Source: a virus
Lineage: Duplodnaviria > Caudoviricetes
DNA length: 64,000 nucleotides
Strand: one strand, 5' to 3'
Virus record (IMG/VR): IMGVR_UViG_3300028591_000083
Span: 96,001-160,000 of that record
Position numbers and translations under genes: made by a program. Below the pieces are notes generated by a model. That model had not been told where the DNA came from and ran no database searches. It saw only the letters and a program-made list of their open reading frames with translations. Positions 38,529-48,920 of the stretch are shown here, piece after piece (position 1 is the stretch's first letter; each line of letters starts with the position of its first letter).

Positions 38529-39656
38529 TTAATTTTCCTCCTTGATAAAATAGTTAGAATACCAATGCCAATCCAATAATGTGAACCAACCATATGCATG
38601 ATGTTCGTAAGACTTCATCACAAGCGTTTTGAATCCACCGTCATGTACTGTCTTATTTACAATCTTAAAGAAATCATATCTTTTCATCTTTTCGTCAAAT
38701 GGAATATTGTCAAGCAATAAAGCTGCTTGTTTGATTTTGTTATACCGGTCTACAACAGCGTTAAACTTTTCTTGCAGATTTGGAAAATAACTAAGTAGTT
38801 CTTCATAGTCTCCTTCAAAGTATAGCTTGATAAAATACTTATCTGAGAACTGACCATTATTATACAGATAATGAAGTTGCAACCAATTAAGGTTTTTGAT
38901 CTTTAATCTGTCATTCTTGCTGTCTTTTACAACAATTCCTTCAAGCTCCTGCGCTTTGAATGTCGATACATATTCTTCAATGTCTTTCAGACTTTTGAAA
39001 TCATATACTTTAGGTCTATGAAAAATACATCTTGTTTCAACTTCTTCCAATGTCTTATTATTCCGACACATAAGAAAATACATATCTACTTTCTTATACG
39101 GAATAATGATTTGAAAGTTTGGTGAAACAAATTCAAAACAATACGTGCAATCAGGATCAAGCATTTCAATATTGAATCTTGTATGTTCATACTCTACAAG
39201 ATAATCATTGATCTCGTGTTGCATTCTTCTTAACTTCGTTGTGTTTCCGGCAGCTACCGTATCTTCTGCTAGATCAAATACTGATCTTGTTCCAAATCTC
39301 CACTTGCCGTCAAAGAAATACATGAATACAAGAGAACCATCAACTTTCTCTGTTGCAGAAATATTATTGTTTAATTCTGCCGCACAAGGTTCTCCAAGAT
39401 TATAGAACCTATTAAACCCGTATCGTACAACAGAACATTCATTTTCAATATCAAGAATCAATCCACGACATTCAGTTACAATGTCACTTGGTTCTGAAAG
39501 ACCATGAACATAATTAAATAAAACTAAATGATACGGTTTTCCAGTATCTTTGAATGTTCCGGTTTTATGCTTAGTTTGAATATGATAAGGAGAATCCTTA
39601 ATAAGGTTCTCCCAATCATCTTCATGTTCAAGAATAAATCTTTGAACAGCTAACAT
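38529..39656 (-). CDS. RNA ligase, T4 Rnl1-like
   Basis: ECRGLI, RFYN.GE, EKVDGSL (motif I), TYCFEF, EGIVV (IV), LKIK (V). Confidence 0.88.
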   Translation of the reverse strand: MLAVQRFILEHEDDWENLIKDSPYHIQTKHKTGTFKDTGKPYHLVLFNYVHGLSEPSDIVTECRGLILDIENECSVVRYGFNRFYNLGEPCAAELNNNISATEKVDGSLVFMYFFDGKWRFGTRSVFDLAEDTVAAGNTTKLRRMQHEINDYLVEYEHTRFNIEMLDPDCTYCFEFVSPNFQIIIPYKKVDMYFLMCRNNKTLEEVETRCIFHRPKVYDFKSLKDIEEYVSTFKAQELEGIVVKDSKNDRLKIKNLNWLQLHYLYNNGQFSDKYFIKLYFEGDYEELLSYFPNLQEKFNAVVDRYNKIKQAALLLDNIPFDEKMKRYDFFKIVNKTVHDGGFKTLVMKSYEHHAYGWFTLLDWHWYSNYFIKEEN

Positions 39657-39665
39657 CTAATCACC

Positions 39666-40046
39666 TCAAAACTCAATATATGTTACATCCGAATATCCAA
39701 GAGCGTACAGGATGTTCATGCCAGACACACGCTTGCACTTTCTCCGGAGTTCTTCGTACTGAGAGCCGACACCTGTTACTGCTTTTGCAAAATAATCATC
39801 AGTGACATCATAATTAACTTCCCACACAAGAGTAGTGAAATCAAGATCAACTGTAATGTACTTATGATCTTCGAGTTTTGCAATGTATACCGTTTCACAA
39901 TCATCATACTTCTCAAATCCTCTTTCTTCGAGTTCCTTTTTGATATCCAACTCATTCACCTTAATTGTTTTCATTTTTATTTCCTCCTGTTTGTTTGTGT
40001 TTTTGGTTTTTACAGTTTGTCTTACTGTAAATATAGTATAACACAT
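39666..40046 (-). CDS. Hypothetical protein
   Basis: Start likely MKTIKV after AGGAGG. Confidence 0.6.
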   Translation of the reverse strand: MCYTIFTVRQTVKTKNTNKQEEIKMKTIKVNELDIKKELEERGFEKYDDCETVYIAKLEDHKYITVDLDFTTLVWEVNYDVTDDYFAKAVTGVGSQYEELRRKCKRVSGMNILYALGYSDVTYIEF

Positions 40047-40063
40047 ATTTGCTGAAAAGTCAA
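40035..40063 (-). promoter_or_regulatory. sigmaA-type promoter
   Basis: TTGACT-17-TATACT. Confidence 0.85.
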
Positions 40064-40113
40064 GAGATTTTCGGAATGTTTATATGAACACACAAAAATC
40101 TCTTGAATTTACA

Positions 40114-40371
40114 TTATTCGTTTGTATACTTTTTCATCCACGGTGCGTTTGCGATTTCGATGATTTTCTTCGCCTCATTCAAACATTTATAGCTGCAAAA
40201 CCATCTTGCTCTGTGTTTCTTGTTGTATGTTTTATAAGCCCATTGTCTTGTAGGGATACCAAATTGTTTATCACATACAGGACAAACAACAGAGTATGCT
40301 GTCTTTTTTTGAATTTCATCACTCAACAAGAATTCCTTGCTCATCTTTTTCAACCCCCATAATTTCATCAA
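40114..40371 (-). CDS. Zn-finger (TRASH-like) protein
   Basis: CPVC.K.F...WAYK...FCSYKC. Confidence 0.65.
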   Translation of the reverse strand: MMKLWGLKKMSKEFLLSDEIQKKTAYSVVCPVCDKQFGIPTRQWAYKTYNKKHRARWFCSYKCLNEAKKIIEIANAPWMKKYTNE

Positions 40372-40744
40372 TTTGTTGAATAGCCGCCGATCTCATTAAG
40401 TGCCATTCCATGAGAGAGCCGTATTTTCTTGTAATAACTGCAACAAACCTTCTTTGACTTGCCGCCGATGGTGGGTTTATTTCTCCTGAAAGAACTTTCT
40501 TTGTATAAGAATATCTATTACTATGTCTATACGATTCTATCATTTCATGTTTTTCATCGACTGTTAATTTATTTCGATTTTGTTTAAGAACTTCTTTCTT
40601 GTACTGTCTAGCTATAGCACGTTTACAGTCATCCAATGCTTCTTCAAATGTATGAGCTTTTGTGTGTGGTTTCAAATTATCACAAAACTCTTTGAATATT
40701 TGCTCTCTTTCTTTTTCAGATATCTTTTCCATAAGATCACTCAT
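40319..40744 (-). CDS. Hypothetical protein
   Basis: Coupled ORF. Confidence 0.6.
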   Translation of the reverse strand: MSDLMEKISEKEREQIFKEFCDNLKPHTKAHTFEEALDDCKRAIARQYKKEVLKQNRNKLTVDEKHEMIESYRHSNRYSYTKKVLSGEINPPSAASQRRFVAVITRKYGSLMEWHLMRSAAIQQIDEIMGVEKDEQGILVE

Positions 40745-41144
40745 CTACTACAAATCCAAGACCAGTCAACAAAGGTTTCGGTTCTTGTTTTAGGAACTTT
40801 TCTTCTGGTGTTTCTTGTATTTCACTGTCAGCTGAGTCTCCCCACATGATTTTTAATGCCGGTTCATTGTGGCTAGTCCACTCGTCTGGTACTTTCATGT
40901 TTGTCTTCTTAAATGAGTATTCAAGTCTAGTTAAATAGTCTTTTAAGAAATCAATGTCACCAATATCATCTTCTAATATAGCACAACTACTCTGCCCATG
41001 TTTAATTGCTTTGTGAATTAACTTAGTTACTCTTCTCAATGTTTTCTGATTCTTCTTTTCCATAATTTTAGTAAGACTTGATTCAGACATAGCTAATGCA
41101 ACTTCTGCCGGAGGAATATCAATTTTTGGCTTTCTACAAAACAT
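40737..41144 (-). CDS. Hypothetical protein (similar to 31852..32274)
   Basis: IP.A...KAI..G...L..L.Y...W. Confidence 0.6.
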   Translation of the reverse strand: MFCRKPKIDIPPAEVALAMSESSLTKIMEKKNQKTLRRVTKLIHKAIKHGQSSCAILEDDIGDIDFLKDYLTRLEYSFKKTNMKVPDEWTSHNEPALKIMWGDSADSEIQETPEEKFLKQEPKPLLTGLGFVVDE

Positions 41145-41168
41145 AGTTAATCACCTTTAATCAATTTC

Positions 41169-41435
41169 TTATTTAAGCATTAGCACTCTATTGCTAGATT
41201 TGCTGAAACTCTGAAAACTGGCTACGTGTGCAGTTACATAAAATGATCTATTTACATCTGACTTAGAAACGATTGTTGCATGAGGTTCTTCTGATATCAC
41301 AAAAACATATTGATCAAGAAGTTCGGCTGTTAATATGGCAAACATCTTATCTCCTTTCGGATTATCTCTGAAATCAACAACAAAATAAACATCCTTTTCT
41401 TTAAGATTTTTTGTATCCACGAACATATTACTCAA
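41169..41435 (-). CDS. Hypothetical protein
   Basis: Coupled ORF. Confidence 0.55.
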   Translation of the reverse strand: MSNMFVDTKNLKEKDVYFVVDFRDNPKGDKMFAILTAELLDQYVFVISEEPHATIVSKSDVNRSFYVTAHVASFQSFSKSSNRVLMLK

Positions 41436-41938
41436 CCTCCTGAAACAATGAGTTCAATTTCATGCAAGCTAATAGGTTTATAATTATGTCGTTCAACACA
41501 AACACAAAGAAACCCATTCTTATATGTGTCATACATAGGACTATTATGAACATGACCGTAAACATTGATATACATTCCATTCAGTCTAAATGCATTTGGT
41601 TCGTGTGATAACAACATGAAATCATTTACAAGAATTGGGTTATCGTATACTTCTTTGAATCCTAATTTACGATATTTTTCATTATTCCATGTATCGTGAT
41701 TTCCTTTTACAAGCCTAATATTTCCATTTAGCTGAGAAACAATGTCCTTTACTTCTTCCGGCGAAAGACCTAATGAGAAATCACCTAAATGATAAACAGT
41801 ATCATTTTTCTTCACAACAGAATTCCATTGTTGAATCATATACCTATTCATCTGTTCAACAGAAACAAAAGGTCTGTCACAATAAGGAATAATGTTTGTA
41901 TGTCCAAAGTGTGTATCAGAAATAAACCATGTATTCAT
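41432..41938 (-). CDS. Calcineurin-like metallophosphoesterase
   Basis: SDTHFGH, HLGDF, GNHD, SHEP, GHVH. Confidence 0.92.
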   Translation of the reverse strand: MNTWFISDTHFGHTNIIPYCDRPFVSVEQMNRYMIQQWNSVVKKNDTVYHLGDFSLGLSPEEVKDIVSQLNGNIRLVKGNHDTWNNEKYRKLGFKEVYDNPILVNDFMLLSHEPNAFRLNGMYINVYGHVHNSPMYDTYKNGFLCVCVERHNYKPISLHEIELIVSGG

Positions 41939-42762
41939 AGTTCGTACCTCATCTTATCAAAAATATCCTTATCACTTTCACCATTCATTTTCGGGTCAAT
42001 GCACATCAGGCTCCACACTTCCTTTGCAGTATAGTTGACAGGATACTGTTTCTTAAATCCTTCAACTCCATATCCGAAAATTACTTCATATTTATGTCCA
42101 TTAAGAGTAAATGTTACATCAAATCTGTGAACTTGATCTGTGGTTGTATAAGCATCTGGAATTTGCCACCAGTCCGTATTCTTATAAATACGTTCAAGTG
42201 TTTTAGATCTTCTCATGTTCTTAATAAAACGTGCATACTCTCTTTCAGAATAAGCACTCTTTCTCTCATTTTCCCAACCAATACATTTTTTATAATGCTC
42301 CCATGCTGTCATGTATTTATCTGGCTCATACTCAAACTGAGTTCCACAATCACTGAAATAGTAAGAATCATCCAAAAGACTAATCTTAATATCAATTCCG
42401 CAATTAAATGGATTCAACAGTTTCTCATGTGTTAATGTAGAATAAGTAATATTTTTGTTATCCGGATATGTGTCATTCGCAATACCACACAAAATAGTGC
42501 CGAGAATTTTAGTTCCTTTAACGATCATAATATGTGTTTTATAAAAGCACAACATAAGATCAGTATCGCCAACGTAGGCAAAGAAATCATCCTTAATAAA
42601 TTTCTTATTTCCGTAAAAGTCAAACGCACAATCAACAGGGTCTACACCCATATCAGATTTTTCCATAAACATATGATTGTTCGTGCAATCAATAAGTTTT
42701 CCATCTCTCAAAAGAATGTATCCATAATCTCTCATTGCCATAATTCTATACCTCACTTCCAA
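41935..42762 (-). CDS. Conserved phage hypothetical protein
   Basis: MAM.DYG....G...FAY.GD...FYK...YEV.FGYGV. Confidence 0.65.
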   Translation of the reverse strand: MEVRYRIMAMRDYGYILLRDGKLIDCTNNHMFMEKSDMGVDPVDCAFDFYGNKKFIKDDFFAYVGDTDLMLCFYKTHIMIVKGTKILGTILCGIANDTYPDNKNITYSTLTHEKLLNPFNCGIDIKISLLDDSYYFSDCGTQFEYEPDKYMTAWEHYKKCIGWENERKSAYSEREYARFIKNMRRSKTLERIYKNTDWWQIPDAYTTTDQVHRFDVTFTLNGHKYEVIFGYGVEGFKKQYPVNYTAKEVWSLMCIDPKMNGESDKDIFDKMRYEL

Positions 42763-43027
42763 GCATCTTTCTAAGAGCTACATTTTCTTCAAGCAGTGCA
42801 AAGTTCTTATAAAAAACATCCATTGTTTCTTTTGGAAACTTCCAAAGTCTAGTTGCTGTGATATGAAGATTGTCTTTTATTCCGTTCTTTTCGAGTTCAA
42901 ACTTCAATCCGGAAGTATTCATATTCAGCAATTTACCGGAGAATCCATGTTCTTATAGGTATTTAATTACAAACATATCAAGTTTGCAAAACTCTTTCTT
43001 TCCTTCATACTTTGAAATATCAATCAT
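42746..43027 (-). pseudogene. Hypothetical gene with one in-frame TAA
   Basis: MIDISKY...IKYL*EHGFSGKLL...; stop at 42953-42955, strong RBS only at 43027. Confidence 0.6.
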
Positions 43028-43421
43028 TTTTATTTCCTCCTACAATCAACATATCAAATGGAGCCTCATCCTTCTTATGCGAGGGTAAGAAATTTAAACT
43101 AAATGCGCACACATATTTAACAATTTCTGCATTTGTGTCAATATCACACAAAGGTTCAACGTAGGCTGCCTTATCGAGAATAGTAAGAACTTCACACCAC
43201 GCGCTGTCAAACACGGTACATAATACTGTTTGCTCTGTATCTTTTCCAATATTAAAATCTGAAATATAACCGATTCTACGATTATCAGCATATAAGAACA
43301 CATTTCCTTTATTATATTCGGCAGTCTCAATGAAATTTTCAACCGCTTTTTCAACACCTAAATATTCAGGATAAGTCAATTTCAATCTGAATGTTTGAGT
43401 ATCTTTTTTGTATGTATTCAT
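43020..43421 (-). CDS. Hypothetical protein
   Basis: GGAGG RBS after promoter. Confidence 0.65.
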   Translation of the reverse strand: MNTYKKDTQTFRLKLTYPEYLGVEKAVENFIETAEYNKGNVFLYADNRRIGYISDFNIGKDTEQTVLCTVFDSAWCEVLTILDKAAYVEPLCDIDTNAEIVKYVCAFSLNFLPSHKKDEAPFDMLIVGGNKND

Positions 43422-43460
43422 TTTAATCCTCCAAACATAGAGTATTTACCTTACAAATAT

Positions 43461-43489
43461 AGTATAACACATACTGTGGCGTTTGTCAA
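43461..43489 (-). promoter_or_regulatory. sigmaA-type promoter
   Basis: TTGACA-17-TATACT. Confidence 0.85.
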
Positions 43490-43507
43490 GTGGTTGTGCA
43501 AAATAAA

Positions 43508-43550
43508 AATAACCAAAACTCAGTAAATGATTTGTTTGAGTTTTGGTTAT
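43508..43550 (-). terminator. Terminator of methyltransferase operon
   Basis: aataaccaaaactca...tgagttttggttatt hairpin. Confidence 0.75.
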
Positions 43551-43559
43551 TATGATTTA

Positions 43560-44453
43560 TTAAAATAACTTATTAGCACTTACTGTCTTAGTTTTGCTTT
43601 TCTCTGTCTTATAATTTATAATCAATACTTCATTAGTTTCACAATATCTGTCTTTCAGATTATAACTTGCAGCAGAATAATCAGTGTCGATATTCACAAT
43701 ATTGTATTTTTGCGCCCACCGTATTAGATTGTCATTCTTCATTCCTTTATGCTCTGTTACATTAGATAATGAAAATAGAATTCCTTTATCGTTTAGCGAA
43801 TCAAGCAACTGAAATAAATCAATGTCATCTTTGTCAGACCAACCATTGAATCCGCGCTTTCCGTCATTGTAAGATGCTGTTGATATTGAATATGGCGGAT
43901 CACAATAAACAAAATCTCCGGCAGATAAAATAGAGAAATCGAATGATCTGAAATCAACTGATGAAAACATAAAGTTCTTTGAATGTAAAGCATTGCAGAA
44001 TCGAATCAAGTTACTCTTTATATTCTCATTATATCTGCGCATTCCAAAAGAAGTATTGAACTCATGTTTACTGTTGAACCGTATTTGATGATTATATGAA
44101 AAACAAGTCAGTACAAATAAATCAATATTATTTCTAGTTCTGTTATATTCTTCTCTCAGTCTAAAATAAGAGTCTTTGTTATCGTTCGATAACCTATATT
44201 CAGCAATTCTTTCCTCAATTCGTTTGATCAGTTCATCTGTATCTATGCTTTGAAAATATTTATATAAATCAATTATATAAGAAATCTGATCATTTGCATA
44301 TATTGTATCTGCATTCACGTTGATTCCTACATTCAATCCGCCGCAAAATAGGTCAAAGAATTTTCCAATCTTATTTGGAAATACAGGAATAATTGAATCA
44401 AGTAATTTATATTTACCGCCGATATAATTCAATGGGCTTCTTATATAATTCAA
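43560..44453 (-). CDS. dam: Dam-family (D12, alpha) N6-adenine DNA methyltransferase
   Basis: SPLNYIGGK, DLFCGG (motif I), RFN, YCDPPY (motif IV), LSN, EVLI; ends NKLF. Target specificity not determined. Confidence 0.92.
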   Translation of the reverse strand: MNYIRSPLNYIGGKYKLLDSIIPVFPNKIGKFFDLFCGGLNVGINVNADTIYANDQISYIIDLYKYFQSIDTDELIKRIEERIAEYRLSNDNKDSYFRLREEYNRTRNNIDLFVLTCFSYNHQIRFNSKHEFNTSFGMRRYNENIKSNLIRFCNALHSKNFMFSSVDFRSFDFSILSAGDFVYCDPPYSISTASYNDGKRGFNGWSDKDDIDLFQLLDSLNDKGILFSLSNVTEHKGMKNDNLIRWAQKYNIVNIDTDYSAASYNLKDRYCETNEVLIINYKTEKSKTKTVSANKLF

Positions 44454-44465
44454 AGCATATTCACC

Positions 44466-45506
44466 TCAAAATAGTTTATTTTGTTTATTTGTAGTTTCTT
44501 TTAACTGCGGTTTCTTTAACTTAGATTCAACCAAATGAGCTTTATCTCTCTTAGCAAATTCAATTCTTCTTTCTGCAATATCACAATATTCTTTATTTAA
44601 CTCAATTCCTATAAAGCTGTAATTTGCATCACGATCATTGTTCTCGTAAGCAACAGCTTTTCCTGTGGAACCGCTACCCATAAACGGATCAAGTATTGTT
44701 TCTCCCTTTGGTGTTACAAGTCTTACTAAATATTGCATTAAGGAAGTTGGTTTTACGGTTGGATGAAAATTTTTATGCGGTGCTTTTTCACTTCCAAATT
44801 TCCCAGAGCAACTATTAACATCATCTACATAATCACCAATTCCTCCGCCACCTCCTACAGTTTGCTTTGTAGGTAGATCATCTAATCCCTCATCACGATC
44901 ACGCTTTGATGCCTTTGCACAATAAAAATATCTTGATGCTGACCCTGTGTCATTATAATTTGACGGTGCTTTCGGTTTATCACCATTAAACATTGATGTT
45001 TATTTATTATGATATTCTTTGCCAGAATAACTATACGGATTTCCACAATTTCCACTTCCGCTTATTGGAAATCCACCACAAACTTCATCAAAATCATCTT
45101 CATCGTATGTTAAAATCACATTAGCAGGAAATCTCCCATTATTGTTTATGTTCATTTCACCTTTATCTTTTTTAAGAACATATGAGGATGCATCTGTATC
45201 TGCGCCATGTTCTATCCTATATCCATTTATTTTTCTATAAAGTGGATTAGTTGCCGGATTCTTAGTATCTTCAAATGGTACTCTGCACTCATCTATATTT
45301 ATTCCACCAACTCCATACTTCAATACATTATCAACACAAGAACCATTGAAAGGTTTACGGGCTACTATTATAGGCTCGTAAGCTGGTTTAAGCTGTGTAC
45401 CAATCTGTTGAAGTTCGTTTATACAGTCAGGAATTATAAACTTACCGTCATCATCTTGTATTATTGAAATGATATTACCATTAACATTTACTTGATATTC
45501 TTTCAT
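44466..45506 (-). CDS. C-terminal part of split beta-class N6/N4 DNA methyltransferase, with an in-frame TAA at 45000-45002
   Basis: LKPAYEPI..ARKP, GRFPANV, HPTVKP, LDPFMGSGSTG; the two tracked ORFs are in frame across one stop; ends NKLF. Confidence 0.8.
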
Positions 45507-46068
45507 AATCCTCTAAAACCTTTCGTAATTCATCAACTGTGGCATCTGCTTTAATTCGATTTGCCCTATTGCTAATAATTCTTATATTCCCTTTAACATA
45601 TCCTTTTGTACTATCAATTCTATCAACTGACGGACTATTATCTGTTGGTGCATGAACACCATCGTTTGAAATTATAGGTATTCCTAAAACGGGGCAAATA
45701 TCTGGTATTTGTGGTATATCATCAAGGGTTAAATTAAATTCAATCCCCTTCTGCTTCGCTCGTTTCTTTATAGAACACAGCATCTTATATCTTTTATTAG
45801 ATTTATTATGTAATTCTTCATACTGCCGATTACTCTCGGTTAGACATTTAAGCGAGCAGTAGTGATTGGCACTTCTGTTGTAATGTGTTTTTCCTCCTTT
45901 ATAAACATATGGTTTACCACAATAATCACATAATCTTGTGTGTGATTCTATAAATTGTTGTTTTGCGTATTTATAATAATGGTCTTTGCAGCAAAAATTA
46001 TGTTTCTTAATAATATATTGTTTAATTTCAAACTCCTTATTACAATAAGCACATTTTACTCTTTCCAT
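45481..46068 (-). mobile_element. Free-standing HNH-type homing endonuclease inserted in the methyltransferase gene
   Basis: Two CxxC...(F/Y)C Zn fingers, CPVLG, SVDRIDS.KGY..GNI..IS..AN..K. Confidence 0.85.
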
Positions 46069-46445
46069 TGAATATCTGTAACTCCCTGTTCTCTTAATTG
46101 CTCTTCTATATTTTTTAATACCTTATTGCCTATATTCATAGACTTAGGAAAACCTGAACCAAATAAATACATAATAGTATCTCTTATTTCAAATCCTGCG
46201 TCTTCAATAGCACAAGCAATCCTATGTTGAGTTCTTGGTGCTGCGAAAGATAGAAGATATCCACCCGGTTTTAATACTCGTAAACACTTCTTCCATGTTT
46301 CAACTGAAAAAGCTACTCCACGATTATCCCAATCATTTCCCATAAAATTTATCTCATAAGGAGGATCAGTTACAATACTTCCGATACTGTTTTCTTCTAG
46401 TTTATCTAATTCTTCTAACATATCTCCATTTATCAACTTAATCAT
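46056..46445 (-). CDS. N-terminal part of split beta-class DNA methyltransferase
   Basis: VTDPPY, RVLKPGG, EDAGFEIRD, GSGFPKS; lacks motif I. Confidence 0.85.
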   Translation of the reverse strand: MIKLINGDMLEELDKLEENSIGSIVTDPPYEINFMGNDWDNRGVAFSVETWKKCLRVLKPGGYLLSFAAPRTQHRIACAIEDAGFEIRDTIMYLFGSGFPKSMNIGNKVLKNIEEQLREQGVTDIQWKE

Positions 46446-46454
46446 CTTGTCACC

Positions 46455-47069
46455 TCAAAATAGTTTATTTTGTAATGTATTCTGTAATCTCTCTCTTGCA
46501 AGATTGTAGTATCGCTCGTTGATCTCGAAACCAAGATATTGACATCCAAACAACTTACACGCAACAAGAGATGATCCACTTCCAACATGAGTATCAAGAA
46601 TCTTCATATCTTTTGTTGCGAATGTGTTTAATAAATATGAATATAGCTCTACTGGTTTTTGAGTTGGATGAATTTTCTTTGTAGTTCTATTATCAAATCT
46701 AAATAGTTTAGCCGGTTTGTCATAAGAAGTCCACGCTAATTCTATTTGTGAAAAATTATCCCACGGCTGAACTTTATCCCAACAGACTATACACCTTGTC
46801 GGCGGAAGGTTGAAATAATTTCCGCCCCATATAATTTGATTTTTACTGACTCTAAATAATTCATCAAAATATTCCTGAGTAGGAGCGACATCCCATTCAT
46901 GAATACAGTCTGAATTGATGATTCTATTCTTTAATTTTCCTCTACAATGTGTTGAAGATTTGTCTAATCCATACGGAGGATCAACAATAGCAATATCAAA
47001 ATATTTATCTGGAATTTCTTTTAATGCTTCCATACAGTCTATGTTGTATAAATCATTTAGTTTATACAT
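46455..47069 (-). CDS. Beta-class N6/N4 DNA methyltransferase
   Basis: VDPPY, IWGGNYF, HPTQKP, LDTHVGSGS; ends NKLF. Confidence 0.92.
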   Translation of the reverse strand: MYKLNDLYNIDCMEALKEIPDKYFDIAIVDPPYGLDKSSTHCRGKLKNRIINSDCIHEWDVAPTQEYFDELFRVSKNQIIWGGNYFNLPPTRCIVCWDKVQPWDNFSQIELAWTSYDKPAKLFRFDNRTTKKIHPTQKPVELYSYLLNTFATKDMKILDTHVGSGSSLVACKLFGCQYLGFEINERYYNLARERLQNTLQNKLF

Positions 47070-47078
47070 CTTATCACC

Positions 47079-47984
47079 TCAAAATAATTTATTCTTTTGC
47101 TCAATAATATATTCATTCAACCGATCATTGGATAAGTTGAAGTAATCTTCATCTAACTCAAATCCTATAAATCCTCTTTCATTTCTATATGCTGAAAGCA
47201 TAGTTAAACCAGAGCCGGAAAATGGATCAAGAATTAGATCGCCTTTATTACTGCTTGCAAGTATCAATCTATCAATCAGCTTTTGTGGCTTCTGTGTTGG
47301 ATGATATCTTTTTTCTTCATAGAAATTTATATCTCTCCAAACATCTGTAATTCCTAGCTGTGCGTTATATGTTTGTGATATCTTTTTATACTGCATATTA
47401 AACTGCAAAATCTCCTGTAGCTTGTTCCACAACTCTTCCGTTGGTATCTGTTTGCATACATTATCTCCTGTATAAATGCTCCACATACCGCCGCCATTAG
47501 ATTTTACACCTAATTTTTCGTTAATCTCTTTTGCGCTTAATCCAATCTCTTTTTGACGTTGTTTCAAGAATTCCTTAACAAATTGCTTTGAATCTTTTAT
47601 AAGAAACAATATGCTCTCTGTTACGTTCGGAAACATTTTATAGTTCTTTGTAGCTCTACCTGAAACAGACTTAATTCCTTTATCAATTATAATTTGCTGT
47701 CTTAATTCAAATCCAAATCTCTCCAATATTGGAAGTAGTTTACACAACATTCTAAAATATCCGAATAAATACATCGTTCCGCATTTTCTGAGAACTCTAT
47801 TTACTTCTGAAATCCATTTTTCAGACCATTCTAAATAGTCTAATTCTGTGCGCCAAATATAATCCCATTTCTCATCAATTACCTTAAAATACGGAGGATC
47901 TGAAATTATAAGATCAACAGATTCATTTTCAATATGATTTTTAATTCCTGTAATGCAGTCTTCTTTGAACAATTTTACAGACAT
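47079..47984 (-). CDS. Beta-class N6/N4 DNA methyltransferase with HTH-like insert
   Basis: SDPPY, HPTQKP, LDPFSGSG; ends NKLF. Confidence 0.92.
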   Translation of the reverse strand: MSVKLFKEDCITGIKNHIENESVDLIISDPPYFKVIDEKWDYIWRTELDYLEWSEKWISEVNRVLRKCGTMYLFGYFRMLCKLLPILERFGFELRQQIIIDKGIKSVSGRATKNYKMFPNVTESILFLIKDSKQFVKEFLKQRQKEIGLSAKEINEKLGVKSNGGGMWSIYTGDNVCKQIPTEELWNKLQEILQFNMQYKKISQTYNAQLGITDVWRDINFYEEKRYHPTQKPQKLIDRLILASSNKGDLILDPFSGSGLTMLSAYRNERGFIGFELDEDYFNLSNDRLNEYIIEQKNKLF

Positions 47985-47986
47985 AA

Positions 47987-48913
47987 TTATTTTCCTCTTT
48001 CTTTTGGATATGAATATGTTTTATTCTTTTCTTCAAACTCTTTTCTCAAACGCCTAGTCTCTAACTTCGATGCTCCAAGAACGTACACATATTTATGTTT
48101 TGGCGGGATATTCACTTTCTCTGATTTAGATTGCATCTTCTTAGAATACTCACGCAACTGATTTTCAACATCATCAGGAATATTATTAAATATAACTTTA
48201 TCACCAATAGACCAATTAGACTGCCACTCAATTCCCAAATCCTGCGCGTATCTTTTATAATAACTTCTGCTCCTAAAAGTTCGATCAGATATCAATTTTC
48301 CGCTGTACGGAGATATGTATTTGAATTTAGCGCCGAAACTATTTCCAAGATAATAGAAATTCAATGACTGATAAATTGTTCCTAATTCCTTTGCAGACGG
48401 ATCAGAATAAGCCGAGAACAAACGATATTTAGTATTCTTTACCATCCAACGAATACACCAACTAACAAAAGCGCTTCCTAAACACTTAGGCGACCATGAT
48501 ATACAAGCACCTCTTGAAATAAGTATCTCGATATCTTTTGTATTTTCTCCAAGCATATTTGAATATGCTGTTGGATTTCCCATTGTTACTACTCCGGCTA
48601 GAATATTATTATAATATGCACCGAAATAATGAGTTGTATTTAACGCAATATCTCCTAACCATTCATGTCTTTTTATAAACTGCCTCGCACAAGCCTTATC
48701 AAAATCACTTGTAATCCGCCTAAACTCAAATTCTGATACTTTCAGATCTTCATAATTTATTTCGTCAGGCAACAGCTTCAAATCATCTAATAGATTATTC
48801 AATCTTATATCATATTGCCAGCAGTGCGTCTTGTTATACGATTGCATTCTTTCTTGTTGCATTTTTCTTGAATCTGAATAATCGTCTTGAAAAAGTTTTA
48901 TTCTGTTTGGCAT
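47987..48913 (-). CDS. Mom-like (GNAT-fold) DNA modification enzyme
   Basis: A..FI.RH..LG, G.Y....LAGV.T.G, ISRG, SAYSDP....GTIYQ..NF.YLG. Confidence 0.75.
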   Translation of the reverse strand: MPNRIKLFQDDYSDSRKMQQERMQSYNKTHCWQYDIRLNNLLDDLKLLPDEINYEDLKVSEFEFRRITSDFDKACARQFIKRHEWLGDIALNTTHYFGAYYNNILAGVVTMGNPTAYSNMLGENTKDIEILISRGACISWSPKCLGSAFVSWCIRWMVKNTKYRLFSAYSDPSAKELGTIYQSLNFYYLGNSFGAKFKYISPYSGKLISDRTFRSRSYYKRYAQDLGIEWQSNWSIGDKVIFNNIPDDVENQLREYSKKMQSKSEKVNIPPKHKYVYVLGASKLETRRLRKEFEEKNKTYSYPKERGK

Positions 48914-48920
48914 ATTTACC

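Noticed and set aside
45481-46068. Group I intron or split intein around the HNH
   Set aside because: The HNH overlaps both flanking ORFs, and no intein terminal motifs or intron core sequence are visible.
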